Part shown: one piece after another, positions 63,585 through 64,000 of the stretch
Position numbering within the stretch: position 1 is the stretch's first letter
How the letters are laid out: each line of letters begins with the position of its first letter
Virus record (IMG/VR): IMGVR_UViG_3300010429_002786
DNA length: 64,000 bases
Reading direction: 5' to 3' (one strand)
Source of the DNA: a virus
Made by a program: the position numbers and the translations under genes
The notes under the pieces: generated by a model
Databases searched by the model: none
Told to the model about the DNA's origin: nothing
The model's input: only the letters and a program-made list of their open reading frames with translations

Positions 63585-64000
63585 GGATGTTCTCCTGTGC
63601 GCCTACTCGGCGCGGTTATGCGCACACTGGGTGTCAGTGTGCGATGTGTACCAGTCGATAGCGTGGAGCAGGAAAAGCTCCTGCTCGGACTCCGTGCTCC
63701 CTCGCACGGCCGTCTCCCTGTCGTCGGCCCACGGAGCGGACTCGGGCGCCAGTACGGTGACGTACGCGGGGGGCGCGACCGTTACCGCGTCGAGGTGTGC
63801 GAAATCGACGGCAGACAGGCGGACAATGTGCAGACGCATAGCAGTCGCTCCCGCGCGGTTTCGGTCGCTGGCCCGCGCCATCCGGCAGCGGGAAACAAAA
63901 ACTTCGACCCTCGCCATTGCATGCCTGAGACCAACCCATTTTCCCAATGATTCTGCCCGACTCAGAATTGAACTATGACGTCTGAGTCATAGCGAAAATT

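Larger units (their letters stand above)
45872..63595 (-). promoter_or_regulatory. Dispersed start-associated motif GGAGAACATCC
   Basis: Exact copies upstream of start codons at 45872-45882, 49845-49855, 52673-52683, 54769-54779, 58248-58258 and 63585-63595; variant at 47197-47207. Confidence 0.8.

Noticed and set aside
63603..63947. 114-aa minus-strand ORF
   Set aside because: No clear RBS or motif and atypical composition; it cannot be supported as a gene.
1299..63978. Many long antisense or alternate-frame ORFs (e.g. 3554-5290 -, 8703-10430 -, 36275-37900 +, 51547-53325 +, 53292-54758 +)
   Set aside because: These are shadow ORFs expected at high GC. They overlap well-supported genes and lack motifs.
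1..64000. tRNA, rRNA, integrase or att sites
   Set aside because: None was recognisable by eye; tRNAscan-SE and flanking sequence would be needed.

Overview
High-GC dsDNA phage or prophage segment with a contractile tail (myovirus type). The host is probably a myxobacterium; this rests on recalled similarity of the tail proteins and was not verified. Layout: 1-13.5 kb (+) baseplate/tail module (GpD-like hub, GpV spike, gp25, baseplate J, LamG and FG-GAP proteins, tail-I-like protein, fibre); 14-16.6 kb (+) accessory virion genes; 16.6-40 kb (mostly -) accessory and replication genes (metacaspase, Acb2/Tad1-like protein, two HNH endonucleases, a split UDG domain plus intein-containing PolA, macro domain, DUF669 SSB, Sak4-like ATPase, SNF2 helicase, AAA_25 helicase, UvrD with two inteins, PD-(D/E)xK nuclease, split SF2 helicase); 40-44.3 kb (+) isolated TerS/TerL with an intein; 44.3-64 kb (-) early-type region of small genes with a Ycf46-like AAA ATPase module, a GP88-like protein, a conserved start-associated motif GGAGAACATCC and a ~1 kb structured non-coding stretch. 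I saw no capsid, portal, integrase, tRNA, CRISPR array or reverse transcriptase. The best candidates for novelty are the AAA ATPase/DUF3150-like/'MPCDT' module, the caspase plus sponge-like pair, the UDG domain split across two genes, and the start-associated motif. All family assignments come from motif recognition by eye.
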